Below the pieces are notes generated by a model. The model had not been told where the DNA came from. It worked only from the letters and a program-made list of their open reading frames with translations, and searched no databases. The position numbers and the translations under genes were made by a program. Below are positions 1-12,125 of a DNA stretch of 64,000 bases, one piece after another. The DNA comes from Octopus sinensis (Eukaryota): positions 37,634,001-37,698,000 of the forward strand of contig NC_043002.1 in the NCBI RefSeq assembly GCF_006345805.1. The letters run 5' to 3'. The stretch's first letter is position 1; every line of letters starts with the position of its first letter.

Positions 1-120
1 AGGTGGCTAGCAAGAATACCTAAAACAGGTATAATATGACATATTTAAATAAAAGACGGGTAAAAATAACAGCTTGCCAAACATGAAACCGAAAGCTTCA
101 AAAACCACTAATACAATTGT

Positions 121-151
121 GTGTATGTGTGTGTGTGTGTGTGTATGTAAG

Positions 152-186
<35 letters not shown>

Positions 187-410
187 TTATATATATATAT
201 ATATGTCGTTGTGCATGTGTGATGTATGCAGTGTATACAGATATATACATACGTACATCCATCCATCCATCCATCCATCCATCCATCATCCATCATCCAT
301 CATCCATCCATCCATCCATCCATCCATACATACATACATACATACATACATACATACATACATACATACATACATACATACATACGTACATACATACATA
401 TATTAACATA
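121..410. repeat. Compound microsatellite (GT)n/(GTAT)n/(AT)n then (CATC)n/(CATA)n
   Basis: Directly visible tandem di- and tetranucleotide runs; they explain the ORFs called at 74-534. Confidence 0.95.
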
Positions 411-902
411 TACATGTAAATCTATGCAAACTATACACGGTAATACGAATATCGATAGTAAAAGAAATATTTTAATAATTTTAGATTTAATTCCCCGTAA
501 CTTAGCGTTCTGGCAAAACAAACCGATAGAATAAATACTAGAGTTTATATATATATATATATACATGCGCACATTTTTATGGTGTCGAATTGGCAGAGTT
601 ATCACATCGTTGAATGCAAATAGTCTGTGGAACTGTTTTATCCTCAAATCTTGTTAAATAAATTTTGCCGTTCGTCATTCCGTTTCCATAAATACAGTAG
701 CAGTTTCCAGTAGTGAATTGAAGGATTGTCAAGGTGACTCTTCTGCAAACTTTCATAACTAACAAATAGAAAAAGATATAAGGAAACGTTCAAGGTGTGT
801 GTACTTGAACAGGGAAATGGGGGTGGTGGTGTATGCATATCTATCTATCTATCTATCTATATCTATCTATCTATTTATGTATGTATATATATATATATAT
901 AT

Positions 903-934
<32 letters not shown>

Positions 935-951
935 ACACATATATATATATA

Positions 952-1113
952 AGCGTAGGAGTAACTGTGTGGAAAGAAACTTGCTTCCCAGCGATATTTT
1001 TCCGGGTCCAGTCCCACTGCGTGGCACATTTACGAATAGTCTTCTGCTATATCCTCGGGCCAACCGAAGCCTTGTGAATGGATTTGGTGAACAGAAACTA
1101 AAAGAAGCCCGTC

Positions 1114-1155
<42 letters not shown>

Positions 1156-1204
1156 GACTGAAACAAGTAAAAGAGTAAAAGAATATATATGTATATTCTT
1201 TTAA

Positions 1205-1261
<57 letters not shown>

Positions 1262-1450
1262 ATGTGTGTATGTATGTATGTCTTTGTGTGTCTGCCCCCT
1301 CACCATCACTGATGTAGGTACATTTACATCCCCGTATCTTAGCGGTTCGGCAAAAGATACCGATAGAATAAATACTAAAGTCCTGGAGTCAATTTGTTCG
1401 ACTAATTGACTGAAACAAGTAAAATAAAACGAATAAAAAGTGTATATATA
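952..1450 (+). mobile_element. Degenerate tRNA-derived composite SINE (CORE-like head, internal TA/GT microsatellite, GACTGAAACAAGTAAAA tail)
   Basis: 952-1113 aligns by eye to the reverse complement of the head at 31800-31951 (..GTCCCACTGCGTGGCAC..GAAGCCCGTCGTATATA). Tail motif GACTGAAACAAGTAAAA occurs at ~1155 and ~1408. Confidence 0.7.
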
Positions 1451-2724
1451 TATGTGAAATATACATCTATGTATGTGTCTTGAATGGCATAACAATGCAA
1501 TAACTGTTATAATTTAATTATTTATAGACTGATATAATAACATTTCGGAATATAAAAATTCTTTCTTCAGATATCGTTAGGAATTAATCGAGTTACTGCT
1601 ATAAATTTTTTTCTAACGGTTACATAAATATACGTACCACCTTATAGAAAATAGCAGTGAATATTTTCGCTTGATAACATGTGGGATGCTTTTAAATTGA
1701 ACTCAAACATCTAGTAACCTATCAAAGCCTTGCATTACAATCTGTTTGATATGACACTCTACAATATTGTGGACCTTATTGCATATACTCACGAACTAAA
1801 CAATTATTCAACATCCTCTCGTCTATTCTCGTAAAACGACTACAGGACAGGCGATGTTAGTCCAGTTATCCTCGCATCCGACGATGATAACTGGATCGAC
1901 ATCTTTAACGAGGATGTCCTTTTGCTCCTCAAAGTTGAATTACTGGAGTCTAATCCCTAATATTCTTACAGCGTTTTTTTTTTGTGCCATAATCGAGAAG
2001 ATCCCATAGTAATAATTAGGGACTTATCCTCTTCGGGAGATACCTAAAATCAGGTGTGACGGAAGTGCTCCAACCAGAAGTGTCAATATTTCTGGAAATC
2101 CTCTACATTTTTCAACCCTGGTTCCTGATGAACACACTTTGTAGAAATGCGTTCAACGAGATACAAACTCTGTTGCATGTCGTTCTATTCGCATTTGTCT
2201 TGCATGTAAATATAAACACATACATACATGCATTTGCACAAATCATACACAAATACATATAAATGAATACACAGAGCTACAGAGACACGAACACACTTTT
2301 TTACACTCCAACACACATACATATACACAAATATATATACACACACACACACAATCACACAAGCACATACTTGCAAGTATAAATTCACGTGCATACTCAT
2401 GCACGCAGCCATGCATGTTTATTTGTATACAGTCTTATATTTTTCTCTGTCGCTACTCAGATTTTTCGAAAATCTCTTAGTAGCCTAAGTTTGGATCAAT
2501 ACGAAACATGTATGAAATAGTTTTTTTCAATTACTTATATATGTCCACACCGTAACATTTAGTAATTACTCCAGTTCAGTTTTCCCATTTATTTAATTAA
2601 TATAGACATGAAATTATAGCACGGGTTACCTGATGTGGCGTTGTATAATTTCCGTAATTTAATACCTCGCTTTAATGATCTACAGTTGTAATGCCTAGGA
2701 TCAAGTACACTTACGCTTCAGGCT

Positions 2725-2766
<42 letters not shown>

Positions 2767-3347
2767 GTCCTGTTATTATTTTTATTGTATTTATATTTGT
2801 GTAACATTGTTTTTTCCGTCCTTGTTTTTGTATATATTCGATGCTTTCTTCCAAGGAATCTAAGGCTCTTAGCTTAGTTTTTCCTTGGGGCTGGCCAGAT
2901 TGGAGCAATCTCAAGAATAATCAGCCGAAATTGCGAGGATAATGTGGTTCTTGACTGAAGATAGAAAACTTCGAATGACCTGTCCTTGTTTTCTTTGAAT
3001 CGTCAATCTGGATGTTTTGTTGTCTCTTTTTGTATCACCCAGTTGTCCGGATGTTTTGCATTTTTGTCCCATTTTGTATTTTATCTATCTTATTTTATAT
3101 ATATGTGTGTGTGTGTGTGCGCGTGCGTGTGTGTGTTATTGTTTTTGAAACAGTCAAACTTGAATCATATAAAGTTATGATTAATGGTATAACGCCTGTC
3201 ATGTTTGTAGACGATGTGGGGTTATGTCACACGGGCACCCTTCGAATTCTTTAACGCAATATTAAAATGCTAGGATTCATAGCTTTATCTACTTCAAAGT
3301 TTCACCGTTCCTAAAATAATTATTTCACGTTCTCCCGAAGCTTCAAT

Positions 3348-3383
<36 letters not shown>

Positions 3384-3384
3384 G

Positions 3385-3687
3385 TCAAAATATGCAACAG
3401 GATATCAAGTAGTAATGCAGTGCGACCGTTTGAAGCAGCTCCATTTAATTGAATAATGTAATCATTGCATCAATTTCAATGCAGTGTTATCTTCAGCTGC
3501 ACAAAGTAGGGAATTTTTTAACAAGTAAGACACGTTAATATTACTTGTTAAAAAATTCTATAATATTTTCTGCAGCTGAAGATAGCACTGTATTTAAATT
3601 GATGCAATGATTGCATTGTTCAATTACATGGAGTCACTTGAAATGGTCGTATTGCAATATCACCCGATATCCTATTGCTTATTTTGA
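3385..3687. mobile_element. Foldback/MITE-like palindrome (~145-bp arms, 12-nt spacer)
   Basis: 3385-3528 is the imperfect reverse complement of 3541-3687 (e.g. TTATCTTCAGCTGCA / TGCAGCTGAAGATAG; ATTTTTTAACAAGTAA / TTACTTGTTAAAAAAT). Confidence 0.8.
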
Positions 3688-3827
3688 TTTTATTGACCTT
3701 ACTTCAAGGTGTGCGTATAATACTGGACTGACTTGATGCTTCAACTCAAGTACCTAATTCAACTGAATCGTAATTATTTTATATACATATATATATATAA
3801 GGTGAATAAGGCGAAATCAGGTGAATA

Positions 3828-3865
<38 letters not shown>

Positions 3866-3946
3866 TCGTGCGTGTATGTGTGTGTATGTGTATACGACCG
3901 TTGTACAAAATAATGATGATTACCAAATCTATCTTCTGGTTACTTA

Positions 3947-4013
<67 letters not shown>

Positions 4014-4521
4014 TATATATATACATACATTACTACCGACATACGTGTATAAATAATTGAAGAATCCTGAAGTATATAATCACCTGATTGTTGCATTATT
4101 AAAGCAAATAGTTCACAATGAATTAGAAAACTCCCTACTAACAGATGTCTATTCGATAAAAATGGAAGATATTTTATGAACCAAGAAACTAGCACAGATA
4201 ATAGGGTACACACTTGTGTGCACACGCATATAAATAACTGAATGTATGTATATTTGGGTACACACATACATATATGTACTATATATAAAATTACTCGTGT
4301 GTGTTAAAGAGTGTTTTGTTTCATTGCTATAATGTACTACAGAACATATGTATACATGTTTTACGCTACTCTGAGTGTTACGGTGATTGTAATCAACGAT
4401 ACTGCAGTTTGTTTGTGGATAGAAAACAAAGGTTCATTTGTATATACTTTGCCTCTCGTGTTGGAGTCGTCATCATGGGTATTGCATATAGTTGTCTGTA
4501 TCTAAAAGTTTACGTATCCAT

Positions 4522-4555
<34 letters not shown>

Positions 4556-4682
4556 TGTATATATGGGTGTATGTATGTATGTATGTATGTATGTATGTAT
4601 GTATGTATGTATGTATGTATGTATATCTATCTATTTCTGTGTAAATAGATTCTGCATAAATAGACACACACACATATATATA

Positions 4683-4930
4683 TACAACAATCTTCTTTTA
4701 GTTTCCGGCTACCAAATTCACTCACATGGCTTTGGTCAGCCCAAGTAGAAGACACTTGCCCAAGTTGCCATGCAATGTGACTGAACTCGGTCCCATGTAG
4801 TTGGAAATCAAGCCTCATCCCACACAGCCTATATATATATACATACACACATACACACGAACAAACATATACAAATGAGCACTGCTGCAGCATGGTCGCA
4901 GTCCAGTAACTGAAACAAGTAAAAGATAAA
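4683..4930 (-). mobile_element. Degenerate composite SINE fragments (same family as 31491-31951)
   Basis: AGAAGACACTTGCCCAAG core on the minus strand at 4683-4831; a tail fragment CTGAAACAAGTAAAAG lies in the opposite orientation at ~4870-4930. Confidence 0.6.
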
Positions 4931-4965
4931 ATATATGTATGAAGACGAATAGGAAGAAAGATAAA

Positions 4966-5004
<39 letters not shown>

Positions 5005-5111
5005 GTGTGTGTATGTGTACGTGCGAGTGTATTTATAAATACCCAAAAAATCTTTACATATATTGCTGGGGGAATCCGTGTTTAGTCAGTGTTTTAAATT
5101 TCAAAATTCAA

Positions 5112-5330
5112 GGCATCGAGGTGGCAGAAGGTTTAGCACATCAGCGAAATACTTAGCGCCATTTTGTCCGTCTATATGTTCTAGGTTTGAATTCCGTTCT
5201 GAGGTCGACTTTGCCTTTCATCCTTTCGGGGTCGATAAAATAAGTGCGAGTTGAGCATTGTGATCCAGGTAATCGGCTTGCCCTCTCCTCCGAAATTGTT
5301 GGTCTTGTGTCAAAATTTGAAGTCATAGTA
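5112..5330 (+). mobile_element. tRNA-derived SINE, diverged copy with alternative tail
   Basis: Contains the family core GTCGACTTTGCCTTTCATCCTTTCGGGGTCGATAAAATAAG shared with 6057-6287. Confidence 0.75.
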
Positions 5331-5746
5331 AATTTCGGAATTCCAATTACAGTCACGAGGTGTCATTCATAACGTGTCATACAAAATAACTGATGATTCC
5401 TGGGGCACGATCGAAACTCTATAGTTTGTTGTCTGAAACTATATAGTAAATATTTCAATATGCATCTTCGTCATCAATTTTGAGTGCTATCAACAAAGTT
5501 ATTCTATACCAATACTTCCGATCAAGGCAAAAGTATCCTCTTCCTAGACATGCAACTTTCTGGTCTGAGGCAGATTTGGCTGCTAATTCTGCCTCAAAGG
5601 CTTTGCACTCAGTATATGGAGAAATTTGAGTTTTGTTGTTGTTGCTTTTGTTGTTTAGCCCTTATCAGCCAGAATTAAGCAAATTTGTTACGGTCTGGTC
5701 GCTTTATAATAGCATGGACTGAACATCATCAACGATCTCTCTCTCA

Positions 5747-5902
<156 letters not shown>

Positions 5903-6056
5903 TTATCTGTCTGTTTGTATTATCGCACGAGGAGTTTTAGGCGGCCAATTTAAACTGGATGTGTACATACGAGCATATATATGTATGTATACGTTCGTAT
6001 ATGTAAGTATTCGTATGTTGTATATATATATATATATATATATATACAGCTCGAAA

Positions 6057-6284
6057 GGCGGCGAGCTGGCAGAAACGTTAGCACGCCGGGCGAAATACGT
6101 AGCCGTATTTCGTCTGCCGTTACGTTCTGAGTTCAAATTCCGCCGAGGTCGACTTTGCCTTTCATCCTTTCGGGGTCGATAAATTAAGTACCAGTTACGC
6201 ACTGGGGTCGATGTAATCAACTTAATCCGTTTGTCTGTCCTTGTTTGTCCCCTCTGTGTTTAGCCCCTTGTGGGCAGTAAAGAA

Positions 6285-6287
<3 letters not shown>
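6057..6287 (+). mobile_element. Young full-length tRNA-derived SINE (central domain resembles the Meta-type SINE domain)
   Basis: Pol III A-box-like TGGCAGAAACG, B-box GAGTTCAAATTCC, core TTTGCCTTTCATCCTTTCGGGGTCGATAAATTAAGTACCAG, tail ..GCCCCTTGTGGGCAGTAAAGAAATA. Nearly identical to 63011-63241 and 22918-23150. The Meta-domain label is from recall. Confidence 0.85.
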
Positions 6288-6325
<38 letters not shown>

Positions 6326-8156
6326 TATTTATGTGGTATGTGCGTATATTCCACTGATGAAGGCAGAGAACTTCTTATGCAGAGTCAGAGATCCAGGATA
6401 TGGAATTATCCAGTAATTTTGTTTTTGCTAGTTTATTTCGTTTCTTGTCTTCTCTCCTGGTGGTGTATGAACATTTAATGTGGTTTAAGAGTCAAATTTT
6501 GGCTGTTATTTCCAGGATGGTGGTATCTCTTAGACACCCCAAATTTAAATTGTCTGTTTGTATATATATATATACATTAATTATAATATTAGGGAGTAAA
6601 TCCAAACTTACAGGGAAAAATTATATTTAGGATTAAATCAAATTTCACAGTATAAATATAAATTAAATTAGAGATAAAATCACTATTAGGCAAATCAAAC
6701 AGTGAAAAACATAAACCAAAACATACAAATAAATATAATTAATATAAGATACAAAATATATAAAATATAAAATTTGAAATTAAATTATTTAAATTTAAAA
6801 TTTTAAAATTTTGTTTATAAATTTTATATTTTTATATTTTTTAAATTTTATATTTATAAATTTTTAAACTTTTAATTTCTAGCGTTTGTCAACCTTATGA
6901 TTTCGGGTCCACTGTTTCGATTGGAGCCTTCAACTATACGGAAATTCCCTGACCCCACCCCGTCAGAAAACAGCTTCTAAGCAACTGGTTGTTTTAATGG
7001 CAGAAGAAAGAAGGAAATTCCATTAGAAAAAGTTTTAATCGATTTTCTCGGTAAGTATGGAGGTTATGAAAAAACTACAAACTGCATTCCAATTTATGCA
7101 TCTGTCTCCACATGTGTGCCATTTTTCACGGGAATCCACCCAGCCGTTTGGCTGTGAACATCAAGACAAGAAAGAATACAACGATCGCCCATTTCCAATT
7201 TATATTATAGATATATATACATACTTACGTACATACACACATATACGCACACATACATATACACATACAGATATCTGTGAGTATGTGTGTATGTATCTAT
7301 TAGACTGATCGAGGTGGCTTCCGGTGGGAGATGACTCGAGTACGTAGCATTGAAAAGTTGCAAAAGTGGTGAAATGCGCTGTCTTTTCTGGTCAATTTCT
7401 TCTAGATCTAGCTCTGAAGCATATTCTGTTTTTTCAACATACCACGCCTATAAAGGGGTCATTCCCGAGATGACCGCTGTAGTCTCTGACGTTACGCATA
7501 TCATGTACATAAAAAAAATTAATTTAGAGTTGCGTCTGTTATATAATCTTAATAATACACACAGAAACACACACACACAAACCACACACATTTATACATA
7601 CATGCATACTTGCATACACATCATACATACATATACATATATTATAATATAAATACATAAATATACTAAATATATTCTGCATATACATGTAATATATGTA
7701 CAAAATATATATATATTATATATATATATGGAGAATCGACATTTTTGTCATATGGATGATGTTGACATATGTGGTCAGTTAGATTATCTTGACATTTGGC
7801 CAGTTAGTTCCTGTTGACATTTCGCCAGATAGAATATATTGACATATGAAAATGTTGGTTAGATAATGTTGCAAGAAATTTGTTTATACATTTTCATGAT
7901 AGATATATAGAGAGATAAGGTAAAATAAAAATAAAAATAAAAAAGAAGCAAGCGATAGCGTGTGTGTTGGTGAAATAGAGACTGCGATTGTATATGGATG
8001 AGAAAGTAGTTACAGAAACGGAGAGATAGCAAAAATATTAAACCAATAAACAACTCGTGCCTATCACGTAAAGTAAGTAATTCCATAGCTGTTATCCATT
8101 CTCTCTCTTCCTCATTCTATAGTAGAGAATCAGAACAAGAGCAACAACAACATATT

Positions 8157-8211
8157 ATGATGTTGATGATGGATGGTAGTGATGATGACGATGATGAAAA
8201 TAATAATAATG

Positions 8212-8260
<49 letters not shown>

Positions 8261-8345
8261 GGATAATAATAATAATAATAATAAGGATAATAATAATAAT
8301 AATAATAATATAATAATAATAATAATGATAATAATAATAATAATA
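8157..8345. repeat. (AAT)n/(GAT)n trinucleotide tract
   Basis: Directly visible. Confidence 0.95.
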
Positions 8346-8597
8346 ATAATACTAGTAATCGTACTGCAAAAGAAGATACTTGTGGTTATCGCACATATTT
8401 TACATTCCTCTACAAGTAAATGCAATCTTCTTCATTCAGCGTTAAAATTTTTTTAAAGAGATTTTGTTTTTACACAGAGACATCAGGTTTTTATTTTTTA
8501 ATTTGCATGGCTTATCACCTTCAGTTATAAAAACGTGGTGTCCCTTCACTTTCTGGTTGAGACTTGAGTGCAGCTTGTACAATCTTAAGCAAATAAA

Positions 8598-8680
<83 letters not shown>

Positions 8681-8681
<1 letters not shown>

Positions 8682-8940
8682 CAGAAACAATTCCTATCAT
8701 AGTAGGTGCATTAGGCATGATAAAAAAATATTCAGACAAATACATAACAAAAACACCAGGACTTACAAACACATATAACATACAGAAAATTGCACTACTA
8801 GGCACTGCACACATCCTACGCAGAACACTTTCCATACAATAACCATCAGAGCATCACAACAAATCACAGCACATACCCAAGGCACACAGAGCTGCGCTCG
8901 GTAGTGAAGTGAAAGCACGCTATAAAAATAAAAATTCTGA
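8681..8940 (+). mobile_element. 5'-truncated R4/Dong-like non-LTR retrotransposon 3' end (RLE C-terminus + 3'UTR)
   Basis: 8681-8842 reads TETIPIIVGALGMIKKYSDKYITKTPGLTNTYNIQKIALLGTAHILRRTLSIQ*, the typical xxPxxxGALG...xQKxxLLGTAxILR end of R4/Dong ORFs. Flanked on both sides by (AAT)n. Confidence 0.85.
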
Positions 8941-8967
8941 ATAATAATAATAATAATAATAACAAAT

Positions 8968-9488
8968 TTCCTGATGCAGTACCAGGCAGTGGCTCTTATT
9001 GCTTCTCATCTTAACTGATTCGAAGTGTTATCATGTACATTTGTCCTGGTATAAAAGATGGGCTACAGCAAATACTCTGCTCAATACCACAGATTTGCTT
9101 GTCAGTTGTTTGACCTTAACCAGTTGAGCATGTCCCTTAGTGGCTGACGTAGTGGGGGAGCATCATAGCCGTATGCTGAAAGGAATTCTTGGAGGTTTGG
9201 ATAATTCACCTTTGGAAACATGGGTGGTTCGTTCAGTATCCTTAAACAATACTTATTCAGGGACCTTTTGAGCGGGATGGGTTACTCGACCAGAAGAAAA
9301 TTCTAACTGAGCCCCACCTGCAAGGTCACGCGCTGTTCATCTTGATATGAAATCACCATGTCGCGCACATTTGGTCGTGATGCATGTGTCTGGTGTACCC
9401 TTATCAGACGGATAGTCATGATGGGTATACTGGGCTTCGTATATTTTTCCCCAGTGTCACTTTGATGGCATGCACTGCTCTGTCACTC
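8968..9488 (+). mobile_element. ~520-bp non-coding interspersed element with (AAT)n tail, copy 1
   Basis: Reverse-complement homologue at 16893-17378 and 5'-end fragments at 59414-59520 and ~56222-56320. It sits between (AAT)n tracts. Confidence 0.8.
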
Positions 9489-9564
<76 letters not shown>

Positions 9565-9860
9565 GTAACAATAATAATAGTAGTAGTAGTCGTAGTAGTA
9601 GTAGTAGTAGTAGTAATAATAATGATAATAATAATAATAACAATAATAATAATAATAACAATAATAATAATAATAACAACAACAACAATAATAATAATAA
9701 TAATAATGATAATAATAATAATAATGATAATAATAATAGTAATAATAATAATATAATGATAATAATAATAAAAATAATAATAATAATACTAATAACAACA
9801 ACAATAACAACAATAATAATAATAATAATGATAACAACAGTAATAATAATCCTAATAAGG
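9489..9860. repeat. Long compound (AAT)n/(AGT)n/(AAC)n tract
   Basis: Directly visible; source of the poly-N/L/Y pseudo-ORFs. Confidence 0.95.
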
Positions 9861-9861
9861 A

Positions 9862-10395
9862 AAGAATCAATCACCTTTTGAGTGTGTGCAGTATAGTAGC
9901 ACAAAAATGAGTATATGCGTAGACATGACTAAGCAAATCAGTGTTTTGTGATGTTAGCCAAGTGTGTGATTTCAAAACAATAGAAGAGTGGTATGAACAC
10001 GAGCCAAACATTGTGATAGAAAATGAGAATTGCAAAGTCTTTTGGGATTTCCCCATAAAGGCTAACCTTATTACTGAAGAAAAAAAAATATCATAGAGGA
10101 CAAAGTAAACAAACAGTGTAAACTGATAGATTTTGCAATTTCCTATTATAACAGAGTCGATGCGAAAGAAACTGAAAAAAACTGAGAAATATCAGGATCT
10201 AGCCAGAGAGCTGAGGAGACCGTGGAAGATCAAGACAACAGTTATTCCTGTAGTAACTGATGAACTTGACACAGCACCCAAAGTTCTACCAAAGAGACTG
10301 AAAGAGACTGGAATTAAAACTCGTATTGGCAACCAACAGAAAAGTACCCTCCCATGTTCTACAAGAATTCTTAGAAAGTTTCTTGAGATTTGAGG
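9862..10395 (+). mobile_element. Decayed R4/Dong-like LINE fragment (zinc-knuckle remnant + RLE)
   Basis: Reading across frameshifts gives ESINHLLSVC..EYMRRHD, WYEHEPNIVIENENCKVFWDFPI, and EKYQDLARELRRPWKIKTTVIPVV..RILRKFLEI*. Confidence 0.85.
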
Positions 10396-10399
10396 AGAC

Positions 10400-10600
10400 T
10401 TGACACCAAACATCGAGATAAAATACCTGCTAACTAAATTAACATGCATTAACATAGTAAGAAAAGAAAAGGACGAAAACAAGACATACAATCCCTTAAA
10501 GTTTGAAATTGGAAAAATTTGGAGTATTAGAACTGGAAAGGTCGTGCCTATAACAATTGGTACATTGGGATCAGTAGGCTAAGATATAGAGAAATGGCTG
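10400..10600 (+). mobile_element. Second R4/Dong-like RLE fragment, in tandem with the previous one
   Basis: KTYNPLKFEIGKIWSIRTGKVVPITIGTLGSVG* matches the EKxxKYxxLxxEIxxxW..VVPIxIGxLG motif. Confidence 0.7.
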
Positions 10601-10602
10601 AA

Positions 10603-10805
10603 GGAGGTTATTATTATTATTGTTGTTGTTGTTGTTTTTATTATTATTATTATTATTAATATTATTATTTTTTTTTCTTCTTTCAAATTTGCTTCCATTT
10701 CTTGCCGAGTGTCTTCCCGACTCCTAGGGCAAAGAAACTCATAGTATACATTGGTAGGCCATTAAACCAAACTCTATAGTTCGTTCATTTTTTTTTTTAA
10801 GTTAA

Positions 10806-10873
<68 letters not shown>
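10603..10873. repeat. (ATT)n tracts interrupted by a short interspersed repeat (10675-10790)
   Basis: 10675-10760 resembles 10876-10950 (TCAAATTT.CTTCC.TTTCT.GCCGAGTGT.TTCC); each follows an (ATT)n tract. Confidence 0.7.
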
Positions 10874-10874
<1 letters not shown>

Positions 10875-11049
10875 TACCTTCTTCAAATTTTCTTCCGTTT
10901 CTCGCCGAGTGTTTTCCGTACACCTAAGGCAAATAAGCTCACTGTATGCATTCCCAGATTACACACGCAAATTCACAGATATGTATTTAAAAAAATTAAT
11001 TAATAAATAAATTCATGAATGGATGTTGTTTTCACAGCGATAATGCTCT

Positions 11050-11210
11050 TCTCAATACATGATATTATTATAATGCCCTGTAGAGCTCCTACAGAAAGTT
11101 AGTCTCTTAGAGGCAGCAAAAATTATCGGGAGGATTCTAAGCACTTGAAAGACTACTGAAAACTTATGGATACCTAAGATTACAGGTAGTAACCCGCAAC
11201 CCATATAAAT
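11050..11210 (+). mobile_element. R4/Dong-like LINE extreme 3' fragment
   Basis: ELLQKVSLLEAAKIIGRILST* resembles the LQKxxLLGTAKIxRxxL terminus. Confidence 0.55.
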
Positions 11211-11558
11211 CCTAACAAGAATAAGACCGAACCTAAGTCAAACCAAAGAAAAAAATGTCATAATAGCTTAAAATTTCAACGAAACGCCAGCAATTTCACA
11301 TCATGTTCTAGTCTTAAGCCAAGACCAAGGGACAAATGATTGTTGCTCGGGATTAGTACTTTCCGACTAGGAATTACCTGTGTAATGTTCTGAAATATGA
11401 AAGCAGCTTAATGTGCCGCATATACCGAGAACATCTAGAGACACTCAACGATATAATCTCTGGAAGCGGCCGACTGGTAGAAATACACTACTTGCTAAGA
11501 CATGAGAGGGCGTGCCACATATACAAGCTCTCCCGAAGAATAGGGTTGGCGTAAACAT

Positions 11559-11860
11559 TGTTTTTTCCTTCTCGATTCATGCCTGGCTCATAAGGGCCGG
11601 TTTCCCGGTTTCCTTGGCGCATAGGTTTCCCACCTGGACGGGACGCCGGTCCGTCGCAGGTGAGCTGTAAGATGCATGAGAAAAGAGTGAGAGAAAGTTG
11701 TGGCGAAAGAGTCGGCAGAAGTTCGCCATTACCGTCTGCCGGAGCCGCGTAGAGCATAGGTGTTTCGCTCATAAACACACACATCACACGGTCTGAGATT
11801 CGAAACCGCGATCCCTCGACCGCGAGTTCGCTGCTGTAACCACTAGGCCATATGTCTCCA
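11559..11860 (-). mobile_element. tRNA-derived SINE, head H1 + tail T3, with 12-bp target-site duplication
   Basis: A-box TGGCCTAGTGG and B-box GGTTTCGAATCT on the minus strand. TSD TGGCGTAAACAT at 11547-11558 and 11862-11873. Confidence 0.9.
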
Positions 11861-11929
11861 CTGGCGTAAACATAAACCAATACACTTTAGTTACAATGCT
11901 GAAGTTACCAGCATTTGGTATATTAGTGT

Positions 11930-12125
11930 TTAGATTGATTGGGAAGTCCAAGATAACCGATTAGATATCATAGGTGAGAAATTCATGTTGAAGAGGCATG
12001 TCTTTTGATGAATGTTACAGCTTCAACTAACAAACAAATACATCTCAGTAAATGTTTGAGAACCTGAGGACATATAAAAACTTGGAGATAGAAATCAGAA
12101 GAATGCGGCATCTTAAAGAATATGC
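11930..12125 (+). mobile_element. Decayed R4/Dong-like RLE fragment
   Basis: ..QDNRLDII.., CLLMNVT and FENLRTYKNLEIEIRRMRHLK resemble NRPDII..CLLID..EKLSKYKDLEIEI..MWHLK. Confidence 0.6.

Noticed and set aside
2078-2125. CTGATGA..12 nt..GAAA hammerhead-like spacing
   Set aside because: Stem II lacks a closing pair and stem I does not form; at most a fossil.
5385-5430. CTGATGA..16 nt..GAAAC hammerhead-like spacing
   Set aside because: No stem II adjacent to the core and only patchy stem I pairing.
6757-6870. AT-only imperfect palindrome
   Set aside because: Expected by chance in sequence that is almost entirely A/T.
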